In this document: positions 9,767 to 19,422 of the stretch, in pieces
How positions within the stretch are numbered: the stretch's first letter is position 1
Layout of the letters: each line of letters begins with the position of its first letter
Assembly (NCBI GenBank): GCA_017647145.1
Contig: JAGCLD010000034.1
Coordinates: 28,838-92,837, forward strand
DNA: 64,000 nt
Origin: Paludibacteraceae bacterium
GTDB lineage: Bacteria; Bacteroidota; Bacteroidia; Bacteroidales; Paludibacteraceae
Direction of reading: 5' to 3'
Translations under genes and position numbers: made by a program
Notes under the pieces: model-generated
Databases searched by the model: none
The model's input: only the letters and a program-made list of their open reading frames with translations
Told to the model about the DNA's origin: nothing

Positions 9767-10783
9767 ATGAAAGTACGTATAGAACAATTACTCCAACAAA
9801 TTAAGGAGTTAAAAGCTAATAATGTGGAAGAACTTGAAGCTCTTCGCATTAAGTATTTAAGCAAGAAAGGGGAAATTACTGCCTTGTTTGCTGACTTCCG
9901 CAATGTTCCTAACGAAGAAAAAAGAGAAATAGGACAGTTGCTTAATGAATTGAAAAATACAGCACAAGAACGTATTAACCAACTGCGTGAAGCGTTTGAC
10001 AGTCAAGTTGCAACAGATGATTCTTTAGACTTGACTCGTACACCGGATAGTATTATGTTGGGAACGCGTCATCCGCTCTCATTGGTGCGTAATGAGATTA
10101 TTGATATATTCTCTCACATCGGATTTACCATTGCTGAAGGACCGGAAGTGGAAGATGATTGGCATGTGTTTGGAGCGCTTAACTTCCCGCCTGAACATCC
10201 GGCACGTGACATGCAAGATACTTTCTTCATAGAGAAAAATCCGGATGTGTTATTACGTACACATACTTCAAGTGTACAATCAAGAGTGATGGAATGTACG
10301 CAACCTCCTATTCGTGTATTATGTCCCGGACGTGTGTATCGTAATGAGGCAATCTCAGCTCGTGCACACTGTTTCTTCCATCAAATTGAAGGACTCTACG
10401 TGGATAAGAATGTTTCTTTTGCTGACTTAAAACAAGCATTGCTTTATTTCGCAAAAGAAATGTTTGGTGCTGAAACTAAGATTCGTTTGCGTCCGTCTTA
10501 TTTCCCATTCACCGAACCTAGTGCTGAGATGGATATTTCATGTAATCTCTGTGGAGGAAAGGGATGTTCATTCTGTAAGCACACCGGATGGGTGGAGATA
10601 TTAGGTTGTGGTATGGTGGATCCTGCGGTGCTTGAAGCTAATGGCATTGATAGTAAAATCTATTCAGGATATGCATTCGGTTTCGGAGTTGAACGTATCA
10701 CTAACTTGAAGTACCAAGTGAAAGACTTACGTATGTTCTCTGAAAACGATGTGCGTTTCTTGCGACAATTTGAGAATGCCTAA
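9767..10783 (+). CDS. pheS: Phenylalanine--tRNA ligase alpha subunit
   Basis: Start refined to MKVRIEQLL. Class II aaRS motifs (FPPEHPARDMQDTF, RTHTSSVQ, GFGVERI). Confidence 0.95.
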   Translation: MKVRIEQLLQQIKELKANNVEELEALRIKYLSKKGEITALFADFRNVPNEEKREIGQLLNELKNTAQERINQLREAFDSQVATDDSLDLTRTPDSIMLGTRHPLSLVRNEIIDIFSHIGFTIAEGPEVEDDWHVFGALNFPPEHPARDMQDTFFIEKNPDVLLRTHTSSVQSRVMECTQPPIRVLCPGRVYRNEAISARAHCFFHQIEGLYVDKNVSFADLKQALLYFAKEMFGAETKIRLRPSYFPFTEPSAEMDISCNLCGGKGCSFCKHTGWVEILGCGMVDPAVLEANGIDSKIYSGYAFGFGVERITNLKYQVKDLRMFSENDVRFLRQFENA

Positions 10784-10830
10784 AAGGCTACACTCGTACG
10801 CTGAGATAGGTATTACATGATAGTAAAATA

Positions 10831-10866
10831 AAGAGGAAACTTCCAATAGGAGTTTCCTCTTTTGTA
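10831..10866 (+). terminator. Intrinsic terminator after pheS
   Basis: 10-bp perfect stem AGAGGAAACT / AGTTTCCTCT with a 9-nt loop, followed by a T-rich tail (TTTGTATTTG; first run only 3 T). Confidence 0.7.
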
Positions 10867-10990
10867 TTTGAATCGAATCTATGACTCTTTTGTTTCTATA
10901 ACGATATTGTAATACTTGCTTTTAAATATTCGTCGTTACTTATGACTTACAGGTCTTACTTGTCAACTTTGGCTGATTCTTTTTCTGATG

Positions 10991-11866
10991 TTATTTTCTG
11001 TTGCGTGCAGCCTGAAGCGTGTTGCGTAGGAGCGAGATGATAGTCATTGGACCTACGCCACCCGGCACAGGTGTGATGTAACTACATTTAGGTGCAACAT
11101 TCTTGAAGTCAACGTCACCACATAGTCGGTAGCCGGATTTGGTCTCTGTTGAAGGAATACGTGTAGTGCCCACGTCAATGATGACTGCTCCTTCTTTAAC
11201 CATATCTTCTTTTACAAATTCAGGAGAGCCGATAGCGGCAATGATGATGTCTGCTTGTCGAGTGATTTCTGCTAGGTTTTGGGTGTGACTGTGGCACACT
11301 GTTACGGTAGCATCGCCAGGGTAGCCTTTGAGCATCATCAGTGTTGCGATAGGTTTTCCTACGATGTTGGAACGCCCGATAATTACGCAATTCTTACCTT
11401 TGGTTGGGATTTCATAACGACGTAGTAATTCAATGATACCGGAAGGTGTTGCTGATACGAAACATGGGAGTCCGATAGTCATTCTACCGACATTACTTGG
11501 ATGAAAACCGTCGACATCTTTACGATAGTCAATGGATTCTATAATCTTTTGCTCGTCAATATGTTTTGGTAATGGTAGTTGTACTATAAGTCCGTCTAAT
11601 TCAGGGTCTGCATTTAGGCGAGCAATTTCTTGTAGGAGTTCTTCTTCTGTAACATCTTCTTCAAGTGCTATGTGAGTGGATTTGAATCCCACTTGTGCAC
11701 ATGATTTTACCTTGTTGGCAACGTAGGCTTCACTACCGCCATCGTGTCCTACAATGATGACTGCCAAGTGTGGTGGACGTTGTCCATTGGCCACCATTTG
11801 TTGTACTTCTTCTGCAATCTCTGTCTTGATTTGTTCTGCTATTTTTTTACCGTCTATTAGTTGCAT
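10991..11866 (-). CDS. folD: Bifunctional methylenetetrahydrofolate dehydrogenase/cyclohydrolase
   Basis: 291 aa, full-length FolD-like ([20 protein letters not shown]). Confidence 0.95.
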   Translation of the reverse strand: MQLIDGKKIAEQIKTEIAEEVQQMVANGQRPPHLAVIIVGHDGGSEAYVANKVKSCAQVGFKSTHIALEEDVTEEELLQEIARLNADPELDGLIVQLPLPKHIDEQKIIESIDYRKDVDGFHPSNVGRMTIGLPCFVSATPSGIIELLRRYEIPTKGKNCVIIGRSNIVGKPIATLMMLKGYPGDATVTVCHSHTQNLAEITRQADIIIAAIGSPEFVKEDMVKEGAVIIDVGTTRIPSTETKSGYRLCGDVDFKNVAPKCSYITPVPGGVGPMTIISLLRNTLQAARNRK

Positions 11867-11892
11867 AGGATGTATTTGTCTTAAGTGTTGTG

Positions 11893-13200
11893 TTATTTTC
11901 TTCTTTTGAATTTACCGGAAGATGCCATCTTCATCATTTTACACATCTGGTCAAATTGTTTAAGGAGACGGTTGACTTCTACAATGGATGTACCACTTCC
12001 TTGTGCAATTCTATTTTTGCGACTACCATTCAAAATGGAAGGGTTTTGTCTTTCTTTAGGTGTCATGGAGTGTATGATTGCTTCCACACTCTTAAAGGCG
12101 TTGTCATCAATGTCAACGTCTTTAAGTGCTTTGCTCATACCAGGAAGCATACCCAATAGATCTTTTACGTTACCCATCTTCTTGATTTGTTGTATCTGTG
12201 CCAGGAAGTCGTCAAAGTCAAATTGATTTTTTGCTAATTTTTTGGATATGCGTCTTGCTTCTTCTTCGTCGTATTGCGCTTCTGCTCGTTCTACCAATGA
12301 TACGATGTCACCCATGCCCAGGATACGGTCGGCCATACGTTCGGGGTGGAATACGTCAATGGCATCCATTTTTTCTCCTGTTCCTATAAATTTGATGGGT
12401 TTATCTACTACAGAGCGTATGGATAGGGCAGCTCCACCACGTGCGTCACCGTCTAATTTGGTGAGGATGACTCCGTCAAAGTCTAATCTGTCGTTAAAGG
12501 TTTTTGCTGTATTGACTGCGTCTTGTCCGGTCATGGCATCTACCACAAAAAGTATTTCTTGTGGTTGGATGGCTTGCTTGATGGCTGCAATTTCATTCAT
12601 CATTTGCTCATCTACAGCTAAGCGTCCTGCGGTGTCTATGATTACTACATCGTGTCCGTAGGTTTTAGCGTGTTTGATGGCGTTTTGGGCAATTTGTACG
12701 GGGTTAGTGTTGCCTTCTTCTTTGTAAACGTTGACTGCGAGTTGTTCGCCTAATACGCTTAACTGCTCGATTGCAGCCGGACGATATACGTCGCATGCAA
12801 CTAACAAAGGTTTTTTGCCTTTTTTGTTTTTAAGCATGTTGGCGAGTTTGCCGGAGAAGGTGGTTTTACCGGAACCTTGTAAACCAGACATGAGTATGAC
12901 TGCAGGTGAGCCTTTTAGATTGATATCTACGCTTGTACCGCCCATCAATGATGCTAATTCGTCATGGACGATCTTCACCATTAATTGGCTTGGCTTGATT
13001 GAGGTGAGTACGTTTTGTCCTAAGGCTTTTTGTTTTACAGTATCTGTAAACGTCTTGGCTGTTTTGAAGTTGACGTCGGCTTCGAGTAATGCTTTTCTGA
13101 CGTCTTTTAGGGTTTCCGCAACGTTGATTTCTGTGATTTTTCCTTCTCCTTTCAATATCTTGAAAGAGCGTTCGAGTCGTTCACTAAGATTTTCAAACAT
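11893..13200 (-). CDS. ffh: Signal recognition particle protein
   Basis: GLQGSGKTT and DTAGR GTPase motifs, and a Met-rich M domain at the C-terminus. Confidence 0.95.
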   Translation of the reverse strand: MFENLSERLERSFKILKGEGKITEINVAETLKDVRKALLEADVNFKTAKTFTDTVKQKALGQNVLTSIKPSQLMVKIVHDELASLMGGTSVDINLKGSPAVILMSGLQGSGKTTFSGKLANMLKNKKGKKPLLVACDVYRPAAIEQLSVLGEQLAVNVYKEEGNTNPVQIAQNAIKHAKTYGHDVVIIDTAGRLAVDEQMMNEIAAIKQAIQPQEILFVVDAMTGQDAVNTAKTFNDRLDFDGVILTKLDGDARGGAALSIRSVVDKPIKFIGTGEKMDAIDVFHPERMADRILGMGDIVSLVERAEAQYDEEEARRISKKLAKNQFDFDDFLAQIQQIKKMGNVKDLLGMLPGMSKALKDVDIDDNAFKSVEAIIHSMTPKERQNPSILNGSRKNRIAQGSGTSIVEVNRLLKQFDQMCKMMKMASSGKFKRRK

Positions 13201-13264
13201 ATTATTTCTTGTGTGTGTTATTTAGAAAGGGATGTGCCCCCTTTGGCTTACAAAAACTTTTTTG

Positions 13265-13272
13265 CAAAGATA
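13265..13272 (-). promoter_or_regulatory. -7 promoter box (TAtcTTTG on the minus strand) for ffh
   Basis: CAAAGATA on the plus strand, 65 nt upstream of the ffh start. Part of the extended block CAAAGATAGTGCAAAC. Confidence 0.5.
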
Positions 13273-13399
13273 GTGCAAACGTACTGAAGACGCAAACATA
13301 AGTTTGCTTAATTTTGCTTTGCTGTTACTTTCTTTGTCTTCTTAGTGATCTTATTATTGGTGTGCGGTAAATGTAATATTTAGGTGTCTTGATTTGGTG

Positions 13400-13509
13400 T
13401 TGTTCTTATCTTCTTCCTATCTTCTTCCTATCTAGTTCCTATCTAGTTCCTATCTGTTTTGTATCTATATCCTACGTAGTGGTCCCGAGGTGGTCGCGAG
13501 ATGGTCCCG
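13400..13509 (+). repeat. 11-bp-period modular tandem array, locus B
   Basis: In register: TTCTTCCTATC x2, TAGTTCCTATC x2, TGTTTTGTATC, TATATCCTACG, TAGTGGTCCCG, AGGTGGTCGCG, AGATGGTCCCG. Confidence 0.95.
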
Positions 13510-13532
13510 GTGATGCTTGCTGTTTTGTTGGT

Positions 13533-15788
13533 TTAGAATGTGATGATAAATCCTCCGTGTAGATTGATTCCGGCTTGTGTGTAATACCATGGTGAATAGT
13601 ATTTGCTTCCGTCTGTAAACATGCACATGTAGTTTCCTCCGTTTGCTTCGTATTTTGCGTTGAACAGGTTGTTGATTTGACAGCGTAGGGCAATTGATGG
13701 CCAGTTGTTGGGGAGTGGGAGTTCATATTGTATGTTGAGGTTGGTGGTGCTATATGCTTTGAGGCTTGCTTCTTCTGACATGGTGTTGTCGAGGTATTGT
13801 TTGCTTACGAAGTTGGTTTGCAGGGTGGTGGTGAGTCCTGCAAGGTCGAGTGTGAATATGGATGTTGCTGTGATGGAGGGCGAAAATGCTATGTTTACGT
13901 TGCCGAAGTTGATTTCTTCTTGTCGTAGCCATTCCCAGTTTTCATTGTTGAGGTCGATCCAGTCTGTGTAGTTGAGTATGCGATTGCGTGAGAGTGTGAT
14001 GTTTCCTTCCCAGTCAAATTTGATGTGGTGGGTGTTTTTGATGGGTTTATTGATGATGTGTATGCCGGCTGTGATTTCTGCTCCTGTTCGATAGGAGTCT
14101 TTTACGTTTCGTGTGAGGTAGGCTCCTGTGTCACTGTATTTTCCTGTAAGTACTAATTGGTTGTCGTAGTCCATGTAGTAGAGGTTGATTCCAATGTGGA
14201 AGCGTGGGTGTGTGTAGGTGTATCCTAACTCATAGTCATAGAGTCGTTCGGATTGTGGTATGTCGTTGATTCCGGCTTCTGTGTAGTTTTGTCGTGATGG
14301 TTCTCGGTTGGCTATAGCGAAGTTAAAGTATGTTTGGTGTTCTTGGTTGCGATAAGATAATCCAGCTTTTGGGTTGAAGAAGTGGAATGTCTCGTTCACG
14401 GGTATGGGTTGTAGGTCTTCGTCGTTGATTCCGTCAATGATGTAGTTGACGTGTCTGTATTGCATGTCGGCGTAGAGTGTGAGTTTTTCTTCTGCTCTGT
14501 GTATGATTCGCCAGTTGGTTTTGGCGTATATGTTGGCATCTATTTTTTTTCCTATCGAGCGGTAGTATTCGTAGTTGTGGGGGAGGTTGTAGGGATAGAG
14601 TGAGTCGCGTAGGTATATGATTGTGCCGTAGTGGTGTCCGATGTAATGATTGGCTGCTCCTCCTATTTGTAGGTCAATGGGTTCGGATATGTATTTGGCT
14701 GATATAACTGTTCCGTAGAAGTGGTTATAGAGGTGTTTTTGTCGGATGAAGTCGGATTTTTTGATTGTTTCTCCTTGTTGGTTTGTGTAGGAGGATAGTC
14801 CGTAATCGGAGAATTTTTTGTCGGCTTTGTATTGCTCATAGTATCCGTTTCCGTGTGTGTAGTGTAGTGCTGCATTTAGCCACCATTGTTTTGTGATGCG
14901 TTGTGTGAGGTGTAGTTGTGTGTGTAGTTGTGTGTAGTTGTCTGTTTGGTTGTCATAGTAGGCAGTGTTGCCATTGTCGTCGGTGTATTCTCCGGCGGGG
15001 TTGTATCTTCTGTTTTCTTTTAATTGTTCGTGTGTTACTCCGTCCCATGCCATGTAGGTTTTTTCTTTTCCTCCAAAGAGGCTAAGGTTTAGTTTTGTTT
15101 TTTTTCCGTTGTATCCTAACGCTGTGTGGTAGGAGTATAGGTCGGAGAATGCGCGTTCGAGGTATCCGTCTGAGTTGACTTTTGAAAATCGTGCTTGGAA
15201 GTACATGTTTTGCGGGAGTGTGATGTCAGCGTTTATCATTTCTCTGAAGGTGTTGTACATGCCTCCGTTGAATGCGATTTGTACTTTGTTGTTGGTGGGT
15301 GTTTGATTGGTTTGTAGTGTTTGCATGTTGACAGATGCTCCGAAGGATGCTGATCCATTGGTGGAGGTTCCCACTCCTCGTTGTACGTCTAAACTACTCA
15401 TGGATGAGGCCATGTCTGTCATGTTTACCCAGAAAACTGTTTGGGATTCTGAGTCGTTGAGCGGCACATCGTTGATGGTCATGTTGATGCGTGTGTGGTC
15501 TGTTCCTCTGATTCTGAAGTAGGTGTAACCGATGCCTAAACCATCATCTGACATGACAACAAGTGATGGTGTGGCTGATAGAAGGTAGGGTAGGTTTTGC
15601 CCTGTGTTGTTTTCGTTGAGTGATTCTTGAGTTAGTTTGACGTGGTTGTCTGTTGGCTGTTTGAGTGTGGCTGTTACGTTGATTTCTTCAATAGTTGAAA
15701 GTATTGTCAGTGTATCGGTAGTTTGAGCAGTCAGATTAGTTGCTACTGCTAATAAAAAAAAGAGGTAGTACTTTTTCATTTTTTTCAT
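13533..15788 (-). CDS. TonB-dependent outer-membrane receptor, likely a thiamine-related transporter
   Basis: Signal peptide, plug-domain blocks, and a C-terminal beta-barrel ending in GGFIITF. Lies directly downstream of a TPP riboswitch. Confidence 0.85.
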   Translation of the reverse strand: MKKMKKYYLFFLLAVATNLTAQTTDTLTILSTIEEINVTATLKQPTDNHVKLTQESLNENNTGQNLPYLLSATPSLVVMSDDGLGIGYTYFRIRGTDHTRINMTINDVPLNDSESQTVFWVNMTDMASSMSSLDVQRGVGTSTNGSASFGASVNMQTLQTNQTPTNNKVQIAFNGGMYNTFREMINADITLPQNMYFQARFSKVNSDGYLERAFSDLYSYHTALGYNGKKTKLNLSLFGGKEKTYMAWDGVTHEQLKENRRYNPAGEYTDDNGNTAYYDNQTDNYTQLHTQLHLTQRITKQWWLNAALHYTHGNGYYEQYKADKKFSDYGLSSYTNQQGETIKKSDFIRQKHLYNHFYGTVISAKYISEPIDLQIGGAANHYIGHHYGTIIYLRDSLYPYNLPHNYEYYRSIGKKIDANIYAKTNWRIIHRAEEKLTLYADMQYRHVNYIIDGINDEDLQPIPVNETFHFFNPKAGLSYRNQEHQTYFNFAIANREPSRQNYTEAGINDIPQSERLYDYELGYTYTHPRFHIGINLYYMDYDNQLVLTGKYSDTGAYLTRNVKDSYRTGAEITAGIHIINKPIKNTHHIKFDWEGNITLSRNRILNYTDWIDLNNENWEWLRQEEINFGNVNIAFSPSITATSIFTLDLAGLTTTLQTNFVSKQYLDNTMSEEASLKAYSTTNLNIQYELPLPNNWPSIALRCQINNLFNAKYEANGGNYMCMFTDGSKYYSPWYYTQAGINLHGGFIITF

Positions 15789-15796
15789 CGAAATTG

Positions 15797-15897
15797 GCGA
15801 TGGGAAAAATGCGTACTAACTTTCCAATATCCCTTGGCAGCATTACCTGCCCAGGTTCTTAGGGTTTGTTCTCAGCCTTCCGGCACCCCCATCGATG
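15797..15897 (-). promoter_or_regulatory. TPP (thiamine pyrophosphate) riboswitch
   Basis: Minus-strand read: CGAUGGGGGUGCCGGAAGGCUGAGAACAAACCCUAAGAACCUGGGCAGGUAAUGCUGCCAAGGGAUA...CCCAUCG. It contains the GGGGUGC, CUGAGA, ACCUG, UAAUGC and AGGGA cores. The P1 stem is CGAUGGG/CCCAUCG, and its 3' strand ends about 10 nt before the start codon. Confidence 0.85.
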
Positions 15898-15917
15898 TTA
15901 TACATAAATTTCGCAGA

Positions 15918-15925
15918 CAAAGGTA
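15918..15925 (-). promoter_or_regulatory. -7 promoter box (TAccTTTG on the minus strand) driving the riboswitch and receptor
   Basis: CAAAGGTA on the plus strand, about 20 nt upstream of the riboswitch P1 stem. Confidence 0.55.
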
Positions 15926-15990
15926 AGTGTATTTTTCTTTTCTGCAATACTTGTGAGTGTTAAAAAAACGAAATGAATGTATTCTGTTTT

Positions 15991-16302
15991 TTAGTGTTTT
16001 TGTTTTTCTGTATAGTCGTTTTCTCTCTTTGGATTTTTAGGAAACCACCCTCTGAGTACGCGTTTGCGTTGTTCGAATAATTCACCTATGCTCCACAGAC
16101 TAGATGCTCCGGTCACTCCCAGTATAGAACTGAGGAGTATGTTTTTGATGAATAGTGCGATTGTGATGGTGCAAATACCCACCAAGAGGAAAATCCACCA
16201 TGGTTTTGTTCCGAAGTGGTACTCACATTTAATGACGATGGGGTGAAAGATTCCTATGATAATAAATGTACAGATTGCGATAATAATGCCAGTGAAGTAC
16301 AT
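15991..16302 (-). CDS. Small three-TM membrane protein (DUF4491-like)
   Basis: Start refined to MYFTGIIIAICTF. Hydrophobic helices. Lies downstream of korB, as I recall for Bacteroides. Confidence 0.55.
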   Translation of the reverse strand: MYFTGIIIAICTFIIIGIFHPIVIKCEYHFGTKPWWIFLLVGICTITIALFIKNILLSSILGVTGASSLWSIGELFEQRKRVLRGWFPKNPKRENDYTEKQKH

Positions 16303-16424
16303 AGCGTATTTGGGTTGGTGTGGTAGAGATGAAAATAATTTATGTTGATATTTTAATGAAAGAAGGTGCCCCAATTGTGTCAGGCGCACCTTCTTTATTA
16401 TTGTGATTGTTTTTTAGTCAATCA

Positions 16425-17423
16425 TTAGATGTCCCATTTTTCACAACTGTTTACGAGGTCGTCAAAGTTGTGAATCTTTGTTTTGGCTTGTACATCTGCG
16501 ATTTGGTTGTGTACTGCTTCTTCGTATGTCTCAGCTTCTACATCGCGAATTACACCCATTGCAATAGGCATGTCGGGACCTGTCATCATGGCTAATTTGT
16601 AATGAAGGGTAGGGTCTTCTTCTTTTGCATTATGTACCAGGATGTCTTTTTCTGTGATTCCGTTTTCTCCGATTGTCACAACTTTTAAGTTCCATCCGTC
16701 TAACACGAGACCTTTGTCGTTGTTTTTACCGAAAATCATTGGTTTTCCGTGTTCAAGTACGATGATTCTGTCTGCTCTGTTTTCTTTGTCAGAGATCCAG
16801 TTGTGAGCTCCGTTGTTGAAGATAACGCAGTTTACTAAACATTCTACAATGGATGTTCCTTTGTGTTTAGCAGCAGCCACCATGCAGTTTTGTGTTGTCT
16901 TTAAATCTACGTCTAAGGTTCGTGCAAAGAATGTAGCTCTTGCTCCTAAAGCCAATTCGGCCGGACGGAAAGGACGTTCAACTGTGCCATAAGGAGATGA
17001 TTTGGTGATAGCTCCTTTCTTGCTGGTAGGTGAGTATTGTCCTTTTGTTAAGCCATATATTTGGTTATTGAAAAGTACTACGTTTAAGTCTATGTTGCGT
17101 CGTACACTATGAATGAAGTGGTTACCTCCAATAGCAAGGCAGTCGCCATCACCAGTCATTTGCCAAACTGTGAGTTCCGGATGTGATGTTTTAACTCCGG
17201 TTGCTATTGCAGCTCCACGTCCGTGAATGGTGTGGAAGCCATATGTGTTTAAGTAGTAAGGCATACGTGATGAACATCCGATACCTGAGATAACTACAGT
17301 TTCCCATGGTGCTACACCAACTTCGGCCATTGCCTTTTGTAGTGAGTTTACAATGGCGTGGTCGCCACATCCCGGACACCAACGTACGTATTGGTCGCTT
17401 TTATAATCTGCAGGGGTAAACAT
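16425..17423 (-). CDS. korB: 2-oxoglutarate:ferredoxin oxidoreductase beta subunit
   Basis: TPP-binding GDGD block (MTGDGDCLAIGGNH). N-terminal CPGCGDH. Confidence 0.9.
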   Translation of the reverse strand: MFTPADYKSDQYVRWCPGCGDHAIVNSLQKAMAEVGVAPWETVVISGIGCSSRMPYYLNTYGFHTIHGRGAAIATGVKTSHPELTVWQMTGDGDCLAIGGNHFIHSVRRNIDLNVVLFNNQIYGLTKGQYSPTSKKGAITKSSPYGTVERPFRPAELALGARATFFARTLDVDLKTTQNCMVAAAKHKGTSIVECLVNCVIFNNGAHNWISDKENRADRIIVLEHGKPMIFGKNNDKGLVLDGWNLKVVTIGENGITEKDILVHNAKEEDPTLHYKLAMMTGPDMPIAMGVIRDVEAETYEEAVHNQIADVQAKTKIHNFDDLVNSCEKWDI

Positions 17424-17453
17424 ATATCTTGTGTTTTATGGTTCGTAATGAAT

Positions 17454-19313
17454 TTATTTTATATGGTTTTCAAAGCATTCTTCTAATTCGGCAGTTGTGA
17501 ATGGTTGTCCTTCCACTTTGTTGTATTGGTGGAAATGTACACCCTCTACCTTTGTGCGAAGATAAGTAGCAAATTGTCCGCTATTTAATTCGCAAACAAC
17601 AGCTTTTGGATATTGTTTAATGATTTCCTCCGTGTTTTTAGGTAATGGGTTGATGTAGTTGAAGTGAGCCAAAGCAATACGGTGTCCTTTTTGGTTCATG
17701 TTTTCCACTGCGCTCAACAAGTGTCCGTATGTACTTCCCCATCCAATAACTAAGAGTTCCGCATTATCTTTACATCCTTCTACTGTGAGTTGAGGAATGC
17801 TATTAGCAACGCCTTCTACCTTTTCAGCGCGTGCATCTACCATGCGTTGGTGGTTTTCAGGGTTAGTAGAAATAGCTCCACGTTCATAGTCTTTTTCAAG
17901 ACCACCATTACGGTGTGTGAATCCTTCTCTTCCCGGTATAGCCCAATAGTGAATTTTGGTAGCTTCATCGCGTGAAGTAGCTTTCATTTGTCCTTTTAAG
18001 CTTTCAGGTGCATAGAAAGGCTTGATTTCTTCGAGTTCAGCTAATTTAGGAAGTTTCCAGAGTGAAGTACCATTAGCAAGGAATGTGTCGGTCAAAAGGA
18101 TAACCGGTGTCATGTGTTCCAAAGCAATCTTTCCTGCCATATATGCGTAGTGGAAACAGTCGCTTGGTTTGCTTGCTGCGATTACGACGCAAGGGCTTTC
18201 TCCGTTACGTCCGTAGAGCGCTTGGAGTAGGTCTGTTTGTTCTGTTTTGGTTGGTAATCCAGTAGAAGGTCCTCCACGCATTACGTCAATAACCACTAAT
18301 GGGAGTTCAGCCATTACCGCTAATCCGAGAGCTTCTGATTTTAGAGCAAGTCCCGGTCCAGATGTGCTGGTCGCTGCTAAATCACCTGCAAAGGAAGCTC
18401 CAATTGCTGTACAGATACCGGATATTTCATCTTCAGCTTGCACTACTTTTACTCCCACATCTTTGCGGAGTGCCAATTCGTGCATGATGTCAGTAGCCGG
18501 AGTAATTGGATAACTACCCAAGAATAGTTCTAATCCCGCTTTTTCTGCAGCTGCGATAAGTCCCCATGAGGTCGCCTTGTTACCATTGATACTTGTATAT
18601 GTGCCGTGTTCTAGCTCTTGTGTTCTGTCAATGTGGAAAGTGCTGATGTTTAGGTGTAGGTTATTAGCATAATTGTAACCATCAGTGAGCACTTTTACGT
18701 TGGCTTTTAACAGGTCAGGTTTCTTTCCGAATTTATTGCCAAGGAAGTGTATGGCTTGGTCAATAGGACGGTTGAAAAGCCAGCATACTACTCCAAGAGC
18801 GAACATGTTCTTGCAACGAATAACTGATTTGTTGTCCATTCCAAAGTCAGCCAAACTATCTTTTGTAAGGCTTGTCAGTGGAATAGGAATGATTTGTATG
18901 GTGTCAGACAAGTCAAGTTCTTCATAAGGATTGTCAGTCTTGAACTCGGCTTTTTCTAAGTCTTTTTTCTCAAATGAGTCAGCATCTACGATGAGTACCC
19001 CCATTTTTTTGATGCCCTTAGCATTTACTTTGAGTGCAGCAGGATTCATAGCTACAAGAACGTCAGCCATGTCGCCAGGGGTGTAAACTTTTTGAGAACC
19101 TAGATGTACTTGGAACCCAGAAACACCTCCGATAGTTCCTTGTGGTGCGCGAATTTCAGCCGGGAAGTCAGGGAATGTAGAGATTTCATTACCCAGGATG
19201 GCTGATAAGTTGGAGAATAAGGTACCGGTTAACTGCATACCATCTCCAGAGTCACCCGAAAAACGAATCACAACGTTTTCGTTGTTCGTAACCTTTACTG
19301 TTTGTTTGTCCAT
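17454..19313 (-). CDS. korA: 2-oxoacid:acceptor oxidoreductase alpha subunit
   Basis: 619 aa with fused gamma/alpha-type domains. Directly upstream of korB. Confidence 0.9.
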   Translation of the reverse strand: MDKQTVKVTNNENVVIRFSGDSGDGMQLTGTLFSNLSAILGNEISTFPDFPAEIRAPQGTIGGVSGFQVHLGSQKVYTPGDMADVLVAMNPAALKVNAKGIKKMGVLIVDADSFEKKDLEKAEFKTDNPYEELDLSDTIQIIPIPLTSLTKDSLADFGMDNKSVIRCKNMFALGVVCWLFNRPIDQAIHFLGNKFGKKPDLLKANVKVLTDGYNYANNLHLNISTFHIDRTQELEHGTYTSINGNKATSWGLIAAAEKAGLELFLGSYPITPATDIMHELALRKDVGVKVVQAEDEISGICTAIGASFAGDLAATSTSGPGLALKSEALGLAVMAELPLVVIDVMRGGPSTGLPTKTEQTDLLQALYGRNGESPCVVIAASKPSDCFHYAYMAGKIALEHMTPVILLTDTFLANGTSLWKLPKLAELEEIKPFYAPESLKGQMKATSRDEATKIHYWAIPGREGFTHRNGGLEKDYERGAISTNPENHQRMVDARAEKVEGVANSIPQLTVEGCKDNAELLVIGWGSTYGHLLSAVENMNQKGHRIALAHFNYINPLPKNTEEIIKQYPKAVVCELNSGQFATYLRTKVEGVHFHQYNKVEGQPFTTAELEECFENHIK

Positions 19314-19422
19314 AGTATTATTTTAATTCTTTTTGTCCTTCTATGCTTCACTCATTCGTCTTGTTCGTTTCATTGGTCAAGCATATTCGGGAGCAAGTTA
19401 GTGTTTTGTGTTTTCTATTTCG

